A DNA stretch of 61,249 bases from an uncultured Pirellulales bacterium (GTDB lineage Bacteria > Planctomycetota > Phycisphaerae > Sedimentisphaerales > Anaerobacaceae): NCBI GenBank assembly GCA_964530105.1, contig CAZHBL010000001.1, positions 1 to 61,249 of the forward strand, given 5' to 3'. Under the pieces are notes generated by a model. The model had not been told where the DNA came from, ran no database searches, and was given only the letters and a program-made list of their open reading frames with translations. Each line of letters starts with the position of its first letter. Position 1 is the stretch's first letter. Below, one piece after another: positions 17,508 through 27,914 of the stretch. A program made the translations under genes and the position numbers.

Positions 17508-18926
17508 TCAATAAAAAGGTGTCTTAACGCCATCTTCCATCAACTCTGAAAAGTACCTGCTTATCAGTTCCTTATTAATCCTGCGGAGTTCAGATTTCGG
17601 TATAATTCCCAGTATCTTCCAGCCGATGTCCAGCGTCTCAGCGATGGATCTTTCCTGATCCGCCTGGTGAATCATCTGCTGTTCGAACAAGTCGGCAAAT
17701 CGCAGAAACTTTCTGTCGAGGTCGCTGAGCGCTTCTTCGCCGACAATTGCGGTCAGCCGCCTGATTTCCTGCCCTTCAGCATAACATGAATAAAGCTGAT
17801 TGGCAAGCTCCCGGTGATCCTCGCGTGTGGACCCGGCCCCTATTCCGTTATTCATAAGTCTCGAAAGCGACTTGAGAACATCGACCGGCGGGAAAATGCC
17901 TCGTCGATGCAACTGGCGGGAAAGCACTATCTGTCCTTCGGTGATATAGCCCGTAAGGTCCGGTATGGGATGGGTGATATCATCATCCGGCATGGTGAGA
18001 ATGGGAAGCAACGTAACCGAACCGTTCAATCCTTTTATGCTTCCCGCCCGCTCGTAAAGTGTTGCTAAGTCCGTGTACATGTAACCTGGATATCCTCGCC
18101 GTCCGGGAATTTCTTCCCTTGCTGTCGCCACTTCGCGCAGCGCTTCGCAGTAGTTCGTCAAGTCGGTAAGGAGCACAAGAACGTGAAAGCCCCGCTTAAA
18201 AGCGAGATATTCTGCGGTTGTCAATGCAAATCGCGGTGTCAGGAGTCGCTCTATCGTCGGATCGCTCGCCAGGTTCATGAACGTAACGCACCTGTTTCGG
18301 GCTCCGGTTCTTTCGAATTCCGATAGGAAAAAGGAGGCCTCGCGTTTGGTTATTCCTATGGCCCCAAAGACAACCACAAACCGCACGTCTTCCCCAATAG
18401 CTTTGGATTGCCTTAGTATCTGGGCGGCGATCTCGTTAGCCGGCAGGCCGGAACCGGAGAAAATCGGAAGCTTTTGTCCACGGACAAGCGTGTTGAAACC
18501 ATCGATGGCCGATATGCCGGTCTGAAGAAAATCTCTGGGCCGTTCTCTCGAAACGGGATTTATTGGGGTGCCCGATATGGGCAGCGACTCATCCGCGACA
18601 ATTGGAACCAGACCGTCGGTAGGTTTTCCCGAACCGCTGAAAACTCTTCCTATCAGCGCTTCGGAGACCCCGAATCTCACCTCCCTATCCACCAGCGATA
18701 CACGCGTATTAACAACGTCAAGCCCCATGGTCTGTTCGAAAACCTGAACGACGGCAATCGTATCCGAGACCTCAATTACCTGCCCGCCGCATTTTTCCCC
18801 GTCCGGCGCTGTGATCTCAACGAGGGCCGAATAAGGAAGGTCCGAGGCACTCCTGAGATAAAGAAGCGGACCGGCGATGCGAGTTACACCGCTGTAATGT
18901 TTCTTCATTAATTCTTTTGATTTCAT
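17508..18926 (-). CDS. atpB: V/A-type ATP synthase subunit B
   Basis: 472 aa. Conserved B-subunit stretches: [45 protein letters not shown]. Confidence 0.9.
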   Translation of the reverse strand: MKSKELMKKHYSGVTRIAGPLLYLRSASDLPYSALVEITAPDGEKCGGQVIEVSDTIAVVQVFEQTMGLDVVNTRVSLVDREVRFGVSEALIGRVFSGSGKPTDGLVPIVADESLPISGTPINPVSRERPRDFLQTGISAIDGFNTLVRGQKLPIFSGSGLPANEIAAQILRQSKAIGEDVRFVVVFGAIGITKREASFFLSEFERTGARNRCVTFMNLASDPTIERLLTPRFALTTAEYLAFKRGFHVLVLLTDLTNYCEALREVATAREEIPGRRGYPGYMYTDLATLYERAGSIKGLNGSVTLLPILTMPDDDITHPIPDLTGYITEGQIVLSRQLHRRGIFPPVDVLKSLSRLMNNGIGAGSTREDHRELANQLYSCYAEGQEIRRLTAIVGEEALSDLDRKFLRFADLFEQQMIHQADQERSIAETLDIGWKILGIIPKSELRRINKELISRYFSELMEDGVKTPFY

Positions 18927-20716
18927 GATTTGTTCTCACTCAACGACAAACTTCCAAAGGAATCGGTAAGTTGTTTTTCAAGAGCCTCGCACCGACGGTC
19001 ACATCGATCTTCCGCAACTTCGCGCAACCGCGAGACATCCTCGCGGACGGGCAGTGCGAGCATTTCGTCCAAGTCACATCCTTTTGAAAGTGCATCGGTG
19101 CACTTCGAATAGAAAGCCAGAAGTATCTCCAGCATTTTATGTTGTTTGTGAACGGAACATGAAGCATCATACTCCGACATTGCATTTTGTTGAAGAAAAC
19201 AATCGCGGAGCATCCTGCTGGTTTCCAGAACCAGGCGGTCCTGCGGAGGAAGGGCATCGGGCCCGACCAACTGGACCATCTCCTGCAGTTCAGCATCTTT
19301 CTGGAGAATTTCGAGCAGTGTCTCCCGAAGCCCGGACCAGGCTTGATCGACGTTCTTCGAGAACCAGCCTCGGAGCGTTTCGACGTAGAGGGTATAGCTG
19401 CGATGCCAGTTGATCGCCGGATAGTGTCTTCTGCGGGCAAGTGAGGCATCCAATGCCCATAAAGCACCTGTTACACGTATTGTGCTCTGCGTGACGGGTT
19501 CTGAAAAGTCGCCACCGGGGGGAGAGACTGCTCCGACGATTGTTAGCGATCCCGTTCGCTCTTCTTTACCGAGACATTGTACCTTTCCGGCGCGTTCGTA
19601 GAACGATGCAAGCCGAGAAGCAAGATAGGTAGGATAGCCTTCTTCTCCCGGCATCTCTTCGAGCCTGGAGGATATTTCCCGCAGGGCTTCGGCCCATCGA
19701 GAGGTTGAATCGACCATGACCGCGACAGAATGGCCCATATCCCTGAAATACTCCGCCATTGTGACCCCGACGTAGGACGATGCCTCGCGTGCCGCAACGG
19801 GCATATTGGAGGTGTTCACAATCAGCACGGTTCTGTCCATTAGTTTTCCGCCCGTTCGAGGGTCGCTGAGTAAAGGAAACTCCGAGAGCACATCGGCCAT
19901 TTCGTTGCCCCTTTCTCCACAGCCAACGTAAACGATTATCTCTGCGGCGGAGAATTTTGCCAAAGACTGCTCCAGCACGGTTTTGCCGGTGCCGAACCCG
20001 CCCGGCAGACACGCCGTTCCGCCCAGCGCTATGGGAAACAGGCAGTCCAGGACCCGCTGACCGGTAATAAATGGCTCAGTACAGTCGAGCTTGTTCTTCG
20101 ATGGGCGGGGCGTCTTTGCCGGCCATTGCTGGGCCAGGCACAGCGATCGGCCGTCGTCCAATGTACAGACTGTATCGAGCACTGTAAATTCTCCCTTGTT
20201 GATTTTGGCTATAGTACCTTCGACTGCGGGAGGGATCATGATAGTATGAGTGAAAGTACTTGTTTCGGTCACTTGGCCGATACTGTCTCCGGGTTCGACT
20301 TTCTGCCCGACCTTGACATCCGGCTCGAAGAGCCAGCTTCTCTCGGTATCGAGAGGTTCCGCCGCCAGTCCGCGGGAGATAAAATCACCGCCTGATTTAC
20401 GTAGCATTTCCAGAGGTCGCTGAACTCCGTCAAAGACGTTTCCAAGGAGTCCCGGTCCCAGAGTGACTAACAGTGGGTGTCCGGTTCCCACTACAGGCTC
20501 GCCTATGGATATCCCGGAGGTATCCTCGTAGGTCTGTATAAACGCCGTATCTCCATCCAGACGTATAATCTCCCCCATAAGCCCGGCGGCGCCAACCTTA
20601 ACAATCTCATACATACGTGAGCCGCTCATGGAACGGGCAATAACTGCAGGCCCGGAAACTTTTATGATGGCACCATTAACACTTTTCCTGGAACTTGCCA
20701 TTTTTTTGAACCTCAC
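18923..20716 (-). CDS. atpA: V/A-type ATP synthase catalytic subunit A
   Basis: 597 aa. Walker [46 protein letters not shown]. 4-nt overlaps with both F and B. Confidence 0.9.
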   Translation of the reverse strand: MRFKKMASSRKSVNGAIIKVSGPAVIARSMSGSRMYEIVKVGAAGLMGEIIRLDGDTAFIQTYEDTSGISIGEPVVGTGHPLLVTLGPGLLGNVFDGVQRPLEMLRKSGGDFISRGLAAEPLDTERSWLFEPDVKVGQKVEPGDSIGQVTETSTFTHTIMIPPAVEGTIAKINKGEFTVLDTVCTLDDGRSLCLAQQWPAKTPRPSKNKLDCTEPFITGQRVLDCLFPIALGGTACLPGGFGTGKTVLEQSLAKFSAAEIIVYVGCGERGNEMADVLSEFPLLSDPRTGGKLMDRTVLIVNTSNMPVAAREASSYVGVTMAEYFRDMGHSVAVMVDSTSRWAEALREISSRLEEMPGEEGYPTYLASRLASFYERAGKVQCLGKEERTGSLTIVGAVSPPGGDFSEPVTQSTIRVTGALWALDASLARRRHYPAINWHRSYTLYVETLRGWFSKNVDQAWSGLRETLLEILQKDAELQEMVQLVGPDALPPQDRLVLETSRMLRDCFLQQNAMSEYDASCSVHKQHKMLEILLAFYSKCTDALSKGCDLDEMLALPVREDVSRLREVAEDRCDRRCEALEKQLTDSFGSLSLSENKS

Positions 20717-21048
20717 AATTTTATATTAAGCTGATAGCCAATAGCAAGCCGTATAAGACGGGCCACATAGTCATCCTGCGGCAGCCTTTCGGTATCGCGC
20801 CAGCGAAGCTCGCCGTCGATGGATACAAGCATGGGCCCGTTGCCCCGGGACAGGGCCGTTTTAACCTGCTTGTCGAGTCCGGATGACAACTTTTCGTCCA
20901 TGATGACAATACCGTATTGACCACCTGAGATTATCTTTGCCAAAGCCTGGGAGGCCTGTTTTGCATCGGAGACCGTGCAGGTCTCGAGGCCTGCAAGTGC
21001 AAAACCTCTGGCGAGTTCTTTTTCACTAATTGCTAATACCTTCAACAA
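20713..21048 (-). CDS. atpF: V/A-type ATP synthase subunit F
   Basis: 111 aa. [21 protein letters not shown]...YGIVIMDE pattern. Position between C and A. Confidence 0.75.
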   Translation of the reverse strand: MLKVLAISEKELARGFALAGLETCTVSDAKQASQALAKIISGGQYGIVIMDEKLSSGLDKQVKTALSRGNGPMLVSIDGELRWRDTERLPQDDYVARLIRLAIGYQLNIKL

Positions 21049-22093
21049 GGAAAAGCTCCTCTCTTATGGCAGGTGCGGGCTTGCCGAATGAGTTATCTCT
21101 CAGGAGTATTCTGAGATTTATAAATTCGTTGTATTTCCTCCATACATAGCCCATTGGTACACCGATTCCGAGCGGGTCCGCTCTGAACATTTTGCAGCCG
21201 GTTTCAACGATCTCGATATCGAGGAATCGTTCCATGACGGCCAGCCTTCGGGACTCACCAAACGCCAGAATGCCTCTGTCTATCGCGCGTCTGAAATATG
21301 TATCAGCCAGAATTTCAAAGCTCATTTCAAGAGAAGAGCTTTTCTCGACCTCCGAAAGCATTCGAGCAGTAATACGGCCGCCGGGAATAGGTACAATGCG
21401 GTCAGGACGACGGCCGGATTGAACCTGTGAAACGGCCCACAAGACATTCTTGACATTGAGCAGGTCTATCTGGTTTCGAATGTGGTTCCTCATCAGGTTG
21501 TGGTCCTCGTCTTCGACAGTAAGATTATCCAGTGCCCATTCGAAGAAAATTCGCATGAATCTGGGTTCCATGAAAGCACAATTAAATTGGCCGGAATATT
21601 TTCGTATGACTTTCTGTAGCTCGAAGGTGAACGGGAAGTTCCACGCCGTTAGAGCATCGATTACGGTTTTGACATTGTCTTCTGCTGCAAGTTCTTCCAA
21701 TTCCACATCGCCTAACTCGCCAGCAGGAAAGACAGCGGTAAGTATCTCTTCCGGCAACAGTTCCGCGGCCTTACCTCGTATAATGGCAATGATATTCTGC
21801 GTGTCCCACATGCGGAATTGAATGTTCAGCAGTTGGCGCGGCTTGGGAGCAGCTAAAGCGCGGATCTTCTCGAATGTGTCGAACAGGTTGCGGCGCAGGC
21901 CCCACTCGATACCTGAGACGCTTCGGTCACGCTCCAATGCTTCCCTAATGTGAGTGCTGTAGGACGAACTCAGGAGCGCATCGACCAATGGGGCAGTACC
22001 CTGGCTTACCAGTATCTGCTCATAGAATTCCCTGGCCAGCAGATTACTGTGCATTCCCTTGATCCGAGCGTTCAAATAGTCGTACTCGCTCAT
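21026..22093 (-). CDS. atpC: V/A-type ATP synthase subunit C (V0 d-like)
   Basis: 355 aa. N-terminal YDYLNARIKGMHSNLL motif. Position between E and F. Confidence 0.8.
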   Translation of the reverse strand: MSEYDYLNARIKGMHSNLLAREFYEQILVSQGTAPLVDALLSSSYSTHIREALERDRSVSGIEWGLRRNLFDTFEKIRALAAPKPRQLLNIQFRMWDTQNIIAIIRGKAAELLPEEILTAVFPAGELGDVELEELAAEDNVKTVIDALTAWNFPFTFELQKVIRKYSGQFNCAFMEPRFMRIFFEWALDNLTVEDEDHNLMRNHIRNQIDLLNVKNVLWAVSQVQSGRRPDRIVPIPGGRITARMLSEVEKSSSLEMSFEILADTYFRRAIDRGILAFGESRRLAVMERFLDIEIVETGCKMFRADPLGIGVPMGYVWRKYNEFINLRILLRDNSFGKPAPAIREELFLVEGISN

Positions 22094-22704
22094 TTACTCT
22101 CTTCTCCTGAAGTTTCGCCGTCAAACAGAAGCTCAATCAGTTCCCGTTTCATTACCCCTTGAGCCATTTCCATTCGGGTTTCAATGCTGTTGTCGATAGA
22201 TTGTGAGCCTCCATCGGTCTCGACAATGAAAGTTCCTTTCGGACCATCACAGACCACTACTGAGATTGACGCAGGTAAATCCCCTAACAGCGATTTGGCC
22301 AGCGACAGATCGGCCTTGGAGATTCGAAGACGCATATCATCGCAGTTTACTCTGTCGATGGCTTCCTGGACGAGCCGTTTGAAGATATCTTTGTATGTCT
22401 CGGTATCGTACAGTATGGCGATCTGCCCGCTCGCGAGTTCAAAAACCTCCCTGAGAGCCTCATTCTTCACTTCAATGAGTCGGTCGCGGATTTCGAGCTG
22501 TGCTTTACCCACAATACATTCGGATTCCATGCGGAGCTGGTTATCAAGCCCGGCGAGCGCCTCGTCGTGGAACTGCTTAATCTGAGCTTCTGTACTTTCA
22601 GTGATTTTAGCAATTTCCAGCTCGGCCTGCGCGCGTACTTCGGCCTTTTCAGCGTCTGCCGTCTCTTTAATCGCAGCTAACAATTGCCTGACATCATCCC
22701 GCAT
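22090..22704 (-). CDS. atpE: V/A-type ATP synthase subunit E (peripheral stalk)
   Basis: Coiled-coil N-terminus plus a globular C-terminus. The ORF extends to 22752, but the ATG at 22704 (MRDDVRQLL) follows AAGGA and avoids a 32-nt overlap with K. Confidence 0.75.
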   Translation of the reverse strand: MRDDVRQLLAAIKETADAEKAEVRAQAELEIAKITESTEAQIKQFHDEALAGLDNQLRMESECIVGKAQLEIRDRLIEVKNEALREVFELASGQIAILYDTETYKDIFKRLVQEAIDRVNCDDMRLRISKADLSLAKSLLGDLPASISVVVCDGPKGTFIVETDGGSQSIDNSIETRMEMAQGVMKRELIELLFDGETSGEESK

Positions 22705-22720
22705 CTCTTTCAATCCTTTC

Positions 22721-23056
22721 TTATGTGAACAGCAGGACGACCGCAACGACAAATCCCAGTATAACCATTGTTTCCGGAATGGCCACTAAGAGAATAACTG
22801 TGCCGGACAGTTCCGGCTTCTCAGCCAGCGTGCCGCAGCCGGCGGCTCCGATTCGACTTTGGGCCATTGCCGTAGCCAGGGCACAAAGGCCAACTGCCAG
22901 GGCCGCCGCAACGGCTATTAATCCCAGGGCAAAGTCACTTTTTACGCCCTCGGTTGTTTGGCTGTCCGACTTCTGCTCGGCAGCTTGGCAATAAGTTGAG
23001 CAGAAAAGCAACAAACAAATCGCTATTATCACTCTTGCCCGTTTGACAAAACTCAT
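22721..23056 (-). CDS. atpK: V/A-type ATP synthase proteolipid subunit K (single hairpin, Thermus-like signal-type N-terminus)
   Basis: 111 aa. GLIAVAAALAVGLCALATAMAQSRIGAAG ... LLVAIPETMVILGFVV, with the conserved helix-2 Glu. Confidence 0.85.
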   Translation of the reverse strand: MSFVKRARVIIAICLLLFCSTYCQAAEQKSDSQTTEGVKSDFALGLIAVAAALAVGLCALATAMAQSRIGAAGCGTLAEKPELSGTVILLVAIPETMVILGFVVAVVLLFT

Positions 23057-25014
23057 AACATTTCTCCTTTCGTTCTGAATGGACAGTAGACTCTTCCACC
23101 CGTAGAGTAGAATTTTGAAAAGAATTCAACATAATGCAAACGCAGTCCTTGTATGGTCGGATCGACAATTCCCAACACTAAGTTCAGCGCATGAAAAAGT
23201 ATGACGACGAGGGCCGCCAAGACAATGTTTCCAATGGCCCCGCCGAAACGATTGGCCAGCATGGCAAGGACCGCCGAAGCCATTCCTATCGCCATGATTC
23301 GAGCGTACGAAAGAACGTTTCCTACCGTGCTTAACAATTCCAGAGGCAGAATCATACCGTGCATGGGGTGGTTAATCATGGAGACTGCCATCAGAATGAA
23401 GAAGGCAAGAAGTGCTCCGATTCCAACCGTGGAAAAAGCTTCAGGCAGCAGGCGCGCAAGCCTTGCCACGATGAAGAAAAGGCCAACGAGTCCCACTATT
23501 CGCGCCAAACAATCGATGGCCTTGCTCTTTTCGCCCGTTCTGCGCGCGTTGAATATGCCGAGCACGAGCCCGCACAAAGTATGCGCGATGCCTACGGCCA
23601 CCGCCAGCAAAAGATAGCCCAGCAGTGCTCCTGTTTTATCGGGGCCATCCAGCGCGAGCCGTTCTCTCCAGAGGGGTCTAAGCCCCAGATGATGCCCGAA
23701 GGTTCCGAAGAACTCGCCAAAGACAAAGCCGAAGATGATAGTATAGAACGCACACCAAGCCAGAACTGTGCCGAGTGCACGAGCCAAGTTGCCGGAGCGT
23801 TGCCGAAATCGTAGAAAGAGCGCCCCGGCCGTGAGAAGCAGCCCGTAACCGATATCTGCAAGCATAAGTCCGAACATCGGAGGGAAGAATGCTGCAACAT
23901 AAGATGTGGGATCAATAGTTCCATAACGCGGAAGGGGGAACAATGCAAGCAATTGCTCGAATGGCCGAACAGGACTGGCGTTTGACAGGCGAACCGGTGG
24001 AGTATTGACTGTCTCACGCGAATGAAGTTTCTGAACGACTATGGGCCACTGGGATATTGACTGGATCCGGGTCGAAAGTGTTTCGATATGTGTGGTGGGA
24101 ACCCAGCCATGAATTATGAACGTGTAGTCCGTCTGTGCAAAACTGGCGATGGCATTAAATCTGCTGAGTCGATCATCACAAACGGCTTTAAGCGCCAATA
24201 GAAGTGAAGCCCTCGTGGTGAAAAACTCCTGCATTTGGCCTGAAAGCTTCCGTTGCTCAGCCCTGAGTTTTGAAAGGTCGTTGCGGACGGTAATAAGAGC
24301 TTCCTCGAACGGCTTGTCCCTGAGCTGCCGTGGCCCGTGTATTTCGCTGATTCCCGCTTCGGAGATGAAATGTCGCACGTCAGAAGCGTACCGTTTATTG
24401 AAACCGACAAGGGCGGCGAGGCGACCGCCTTTGAGCTGGGCACCGAGAAATCGACACTGTCCCGAGGTAAGCTTATGAATATGTTCTTTCAGCAATGTCC
24501 TGGCGCTAAGGTTTTTTCGCTCGAAGATCACGCCTACGAGCTCGTAATCTCCGGGCAATTCGCTGCTTTCGACTAATGGAGCCAGCGCCTCGGCAAGTTC
24601 CTCGTATACGGCCAGAACCCTGACGTCATCGTCGAGGTTCCTTCTACGCCTCATAAAAGACCGAACCTGAGCGTGCACTTTTCTGGCCGTTGTCACTACC
24701 CCGATATCGTCACTCTTGGTCCACTGCCGGTACTGTGAAGCAAATTCTTCGGAGTTTCTCAGTCTCGAAACGAGCAGCTTCGGGATATGGGCAATACCGT
24801 CTTCCGTCAGCAGCTTGGAGAGTTCTTCGTATGTCTGACTTTGCCGCACCTGCTCTTCAGAAAGGTGTATCTTACGAAGAAACACAGTCTTGCTTTCACC
24901 GGCAATAGGAATCTCTTCGATGTGCATCACCCCGGTCTGCTGCAACGTATCAAGGACAGAATCAAAGACCTTTTTGGGGCCGATGATTTCGACGAAACTC
25001 ATGGCCTCTATCAC
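23053..25014 (-). CDS. atpI: V/A-type ATP synthase subunit I (a-subunit)
   Basis: 653 aa. Soluble N-terminal half plus a multi-TM C-terminal half containing the conserved Arg region VLSYARIMAIGMAS. Confidence 0.85.
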   Translation of the reverse strand: MIEAMSFVEIIGPKKVFDSVLDTLQQTGVMHIEEIPIAGESKTVFLRKIHLSEEQVRQSQTYEELSKLLTEDGIAHIPKLLVSRLRNSEEFASQYRQWTKSDDIGVVTTARKVHAQVRSFMRRRRNLDDDVRVLAVYEELAEALAPLVESSELPGDYELVGVIFERKNLSARTLLKEHIHKLTSGQCRFLGAQLKGGRLAALVGFNKRYASDVRHFISEAGISEIHGPRQLRDKPFEEALITVRNDLSKLRAEQRKLSGQMQEFFTTRASLLLALKAVCDDRLSRFNAIASFAQTDYTFIIHGWVPTTHIETLSTRIQSISQWPIVVQKLHSRETVNTPPVRLSNASPVRPFEQLLALFPLPRYGTIDPTSYVAAFFPPMFGLMLADIGYGLLLTAGALFLRFRQRSGNLARALGTVLAWCAFYTIIFGFVFGEFFGTFGHHLGLRPLWRERLALDGPDKTGALLGYLLLAVAVGIAHTLCGLVLGIFNARRTGEKSKAIDCLARIVGLVGLFFIVARLARLLPEAFSTVGIGALLAFFILMAVSMINHPMHGMILPLELLSTVGNVLSYARIMAIGMASAVLAMLANRFGGAIGNIVLAALVVILFHALNLVLGIVDPTIQGLRLHYVEFFSKFYSTGGRVYCPFRTKGEML

Positions 25015-25373
25015 GTTTCATCCCCCACGGCAATTACTGCATCTACTACTCTTTGAACGGCCCGGGCCATATTCCTCTTTACCTTTTGCTGCAAATGTGC
25101 TCTGCGTTTTTCCGAAGACCGGCTGATTTGCTCTGCCTGCTTCTGCAGCTCTGCCAGCCCATCCTTTCGTCTCTGTTCCACGAGTTCCGAGATGCTAAGT
25201 CGGCCTTCCTGGACGTGCTGTTCCGCTTGTTTCTCGGCTTGACTGATCTGATTCTCTGCTTCGTGCCGAACCTGTTTCAGCTCTGTCCTAAGTTGCTGCT
25301 CCTGCCTCTCTATGACCGGAATGAGTGAAGCCTGACGTTCGTCTTGTGTGTCTTTACCTTTAGTTGCCGACAC
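25011..25373 (-). CDS. V/A-type ATP synthase small coiled-coil stalk subunit (G/H-like)
   Basis: 120 aa, highly charged and helical (..EQQLRTELKQVRHEAENQISQAEKQAEQHV..). First gene of the operon. GTG start at 25373 preceded by AAGGAGAG. 4-nt overlap with I. Confidence 0.6.
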   Translation of the reverse strand: MSATKGKDTQDERQASLIPVIERQEQQLRTELKQVRHEAENQISQAEKQAEQHVQEGRLSISELVEQRRKDGLAELQKQAEQISRSSEKRRAHLQQKVKRNMARAVQRVVDAVIAVGDET

Positions 25374-25570
25374 TCATCTCTCCTTTTCTGCCCGGCAGAT
25401 CTCTTCTGGAACCGCTCTTATAAAGTGTTACATGGTTGTTCGCCTTAGCATTAGTTAAGCCGAGGCTGGCGTAACCTTCCTTAAGAAATCCCACTACAGA
25501 GCTTGCCGAAATGGCACATACCACACTACTCTGTGGTTGGTCAACTATGTTACCTCCCTTCCCAAATTCA

Positions 25571-25599
25571 ATAATAAACGATAGGAACAGGGATGTCAA
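25571..25599 (-). promoter_or_regulatory. Candidate sigma-70-type promoter of the ATPase operon
   Basis: In minus sense: TTGACA (25594-25599), 17 nt, TATTAT (25571-25576), about 200 nt upstream of the GTG start. Confidence 0.3.
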
Positions 25600-26053
25600 T
25601 CAGGTAAAAGCTGATTTTATTGTAGTCATAGACACTACTATACATCAGATATACATCAGATGATAGACTATAAACCGCCGCCAGAGTCTAAGATTAGATA
25701 GAAATACTGAAATTTCATACCATCATAAGAATGTGGAGCCGCTTGTCGAGATCATATCGTCACTCAAAACTACTCTAACAGAGATTGTGATGGTCTCAAC
25801 AAGAGCATTGTCCTTGCTCCTAATAACAAGTAGTGCTATTCTATTGAGCAATAGTCAATGTTCAAAGATGAAACAGAATTACGAAAAGTTATAGACCATT
25901 TGGTGGCAAGCATGATTGCCACAAATGTGGCAAGGAAGAAGTTCTATGGCGTCAAAAACAAAGAGGACTGGTGAACTCTCTTAAGCTGCCCTTATACTAT
26001 ATTGAGTGTTCTATTTCTTTCGAGAAAGCCTACTGTGCCAGGGCTGCGATTTA

Positions 26054-27790
26054 CTATGGGCTTACTACCCGGTTGTAGATACGGACATCGTCGATCAGGC
26101 CGGAAAAGAAGCTGCCGGAAGCATAGTCCTTTCCAACACCGATATATAGACCCATCAGAGAACCTACGAGGCTGGATTGTATTTCTTCGGCGGCTACTAC
26201 ACCATCAACCCAGAGCGTTCTGTGAGAACCATCCCACACAAAACCGATCCTATGCCAGGTATCGTCGGTTATGACAGTCTGCGACCACAAGGGACCGCTG
26301 TTGCGACCGGGACCGGCAAGCTCTGTCATCAAGTTGCCCTCAGCATCCATTGCAAGCCAATTGCCACCGCCCGGTTGCGAAATGATCACCTGGCCGGGTG
26401 CGCCGCCCTTAATCCATACAACTACGCTGAAAGGGTTGTCCGCTGAATTTATGCCGGTGCCGCTGATGATACAATCGTCTATCCCATCCAATTCAAGTGC
26501 TCCACCAATCATACCCCCGGCCGGTTGCCAGATAGCACCGCCGACAACAAAATCGTCGTTACCAATGACATTCTCGTGAGCAGTCATGCCTTCTATCTCG
26601 TCCAATGCCCAGTGTGCCGCAAGTGTTGGGTCATTTACATCCTTGAACAGGTTATCCGAAAGCATGACAAGGTCTTGAACATCCACAATACCGTCACCCC
26701 ATGGTTCTGGGGCGATATCATAAAGTTCATTGTCTGTATGCCAGTGATCGATCAGGATGGATACGTCTGCACTGTTGATAATTCCATCCCCATTAAAGTC
26801 AGGTGGAGTGTTACCGAGTCCGGTGTCGTATTCCCACACGGTCGAGAGATGAACGCTGTAGGGGTAAGATGATGATGAACCGCCAATGATGTATATCTTA
26901 TCGCCCATAGCACTGACACCCATACCGAGCATTTGGATTGGCATATCGTCTTCTTCTGTCCAGGTATCAGTTGCTGGATCATACCGGAAAACTTCAGGAA
27001 AAGGCTTACCGCCTCTTCTGATATTTCCTCCAAAGGCATAGATCTTCCCATTCACCACAGCGGACTGTAACCAGAAAGATCTTGGCGTTGGCATATCTGC
27101 TTTCTTCGTCCAGGTGTCTGTTACCGGATCGTACACTTCAACCGTTGAAAAGGCTGCCCAAGCAGTTTCTGGTACCCCACCAAATGCGTATATCTTCCCA
27201 TTAACAACATTGGTGGCCATAAATTCTCTTGCGGTTGGCATGTCAGCTTTCGTAGTCCACGTGTCCGTCGCCGGATCGTACTCTTCTACGGTCGTTATCT
27301 CGAGTCCGCCCCCGCCCCTGTCACCTCCGATAGCATAGATTTTTCCATTCACCGCACTGGTGGCTAAAGCATTTCTTGCAGTTGGCATATCAGCCTTTTG
27401 CGTCCAGATGTCTGTAACTGGATCATATTCTTCTACAGTGGCCAGCATAGTTCCACCCCAGAAGTTTGAACCGCCGAAGACATAGATCTTCCCGTTAGCC
27501 ACACTGCTGGCATGCATAACCCTTGGTGTTGGCATTTCAGCTTTCTCTGTCCATGTATCTGTGACCGGATCATATTCTTCTACCTTTTGGGAGCTGTTAA
27601 CACTTCCAATAGCATAGATTTTCCCGTTCACTACATTTGTGGATAAGCCCCATCTGGCCGTTGGCATGTCGGCCTTCTGCGTCCAGGTGGCGGCTTGTGT
27701 ACTCCCTGCCCAAGTCAGAACAATTACCGTAACCAAACCAATTATGACAAATGTGGTTTTGAAATTCTTATATCTATTATTCGTTTTCAT
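26054..27790 (-). CDS. Secreted Kelch-repeat beta-propeller + dockerin-like + LamG (Laminin_G_3) protein
   Basis: 578 aa with a signal peptide. About 6 Kelch units (VNGKIYA(I/F)GG ... VEEYDP.TDTWT.KADMPT.R). Two dockerin/EF-hand-like segments (DFNGDGIINSADVSILIDHW, PWGDGIVDVQDLVMLSDNL). LamG tail (..GGALELDGIDDCI..WHRIGFVWDG..LWVDG..GLIDDVRIYNRVVS). Confidence 0.8.
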   Translation of the reverse strand: MKTNNRYKNFKTTFVIIGLVTVIVLTWAGSTQAATWTQKADMPTARWGLSTNVVNGKIYAIGSVNSSQKVEEYDPVTDTWTEKAEMPTPRVMHASSVANGKIYVFGGSNFWGGTMLATVEEYDPVTDIWTQKADMPTARNALATSAVNGKIYAIGGDRGGGGLEITTVEEYDPATDTWTTKADMPTAREFMATNVVNGKIYAFGGVPETAWAAFSTVEVYDPVTDTWTKKADMPTPRSFWLQSAVVNGKIYAFGGNIRRGGKPFPEVFRYDPATDTWTEEDDMPIQMLGMGVSAMGDKIYIIGGSSSSYPYSVHLSTVWEYDTGLGNTPPDFNGDGIINSADVSILIDHWHTDNELYDIAPEPWGDGIVDVQDLVMLSDNLFKDVNDPTLAAHWALDEIEGMTAHENVIGNDDFVVGGAIWQPAGGMIGGALELDGIDDCIISGTGINSADNPFSVVVWIKGGAPGQVIISQPGGGNWLAMDAEGNLMTELAGPGRNSGPLWSQTVITDDTWHRIGFVWDGSHRTLWVDGVVAAEEIQSSLVGSLMGLYIGVGKDYASGSFFSGLIDDVRIYNRVVSP

Positions 27791-27855
27791 TTTTTGTTAC
27801 TCCTTTAAATGAGTTTTTTCGGTTGTAACTATTGGCATCTCATTTGTCCCTTCTT

Positions 27856-27887
27856 CCCCGTCCCGACAGATGGCTATCGGGACGGGG
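27856..27887 (-). terminator. GC-rich hairpin downstream of 27915..28958 (terminator-like, no U-tract)
   Basis: Perfect 11-bp stem CCCCGTCCCGA (27856-27866) / TCGGGACGGGG (27877-27887), 28 nt after the stop. Confidence 0.45.
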
Positions 27888-27914
27888 TAAAGGGATATCG
27901 TTAGTGATTATTTT

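Noticed and set aside
22721-23056. A possible Na+-binding signature (Gln in helix 1, Glu-Thr in helix 2: AQSRIG ... IPETM) in the ATPase proteolipid.
   Set aside because: As far as I recall, the same Q...ET pattern is present in the Thermus thermophilus A/V-ATPase proteolipid, which is proton-coupled. The motif alone therefore cannot assign ion specificity.
25360-25599. A 79-aa ORF upstream of, and overlapping, the first ATPase gene.
   Set aside because: It overlaps the predicted promoter, leader and RBS of the operon. Its composition is unremarkable, with no motif and no RBS.
25640-25661. A tandem duplication of the 11-mer ATACATCAGAT upstream of the ATPase operon.
   Set aside because: There are only two copies and no further periodicity. 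It is too short to call a repeat element or regulator site.
25903-25922. A sigma-54-like TGGCA-N-TTGC element, also a 7-bp hairpin GTGGCAA/TTGCCAC, in the ATPase/Kelch intergenic region.
   Set aside because: The GG-to-GC spacing is one nt longer than the -24/-12 consensus. There is no plus-strand gene downstream, and no U-tract in either orientation to support a terminator call.
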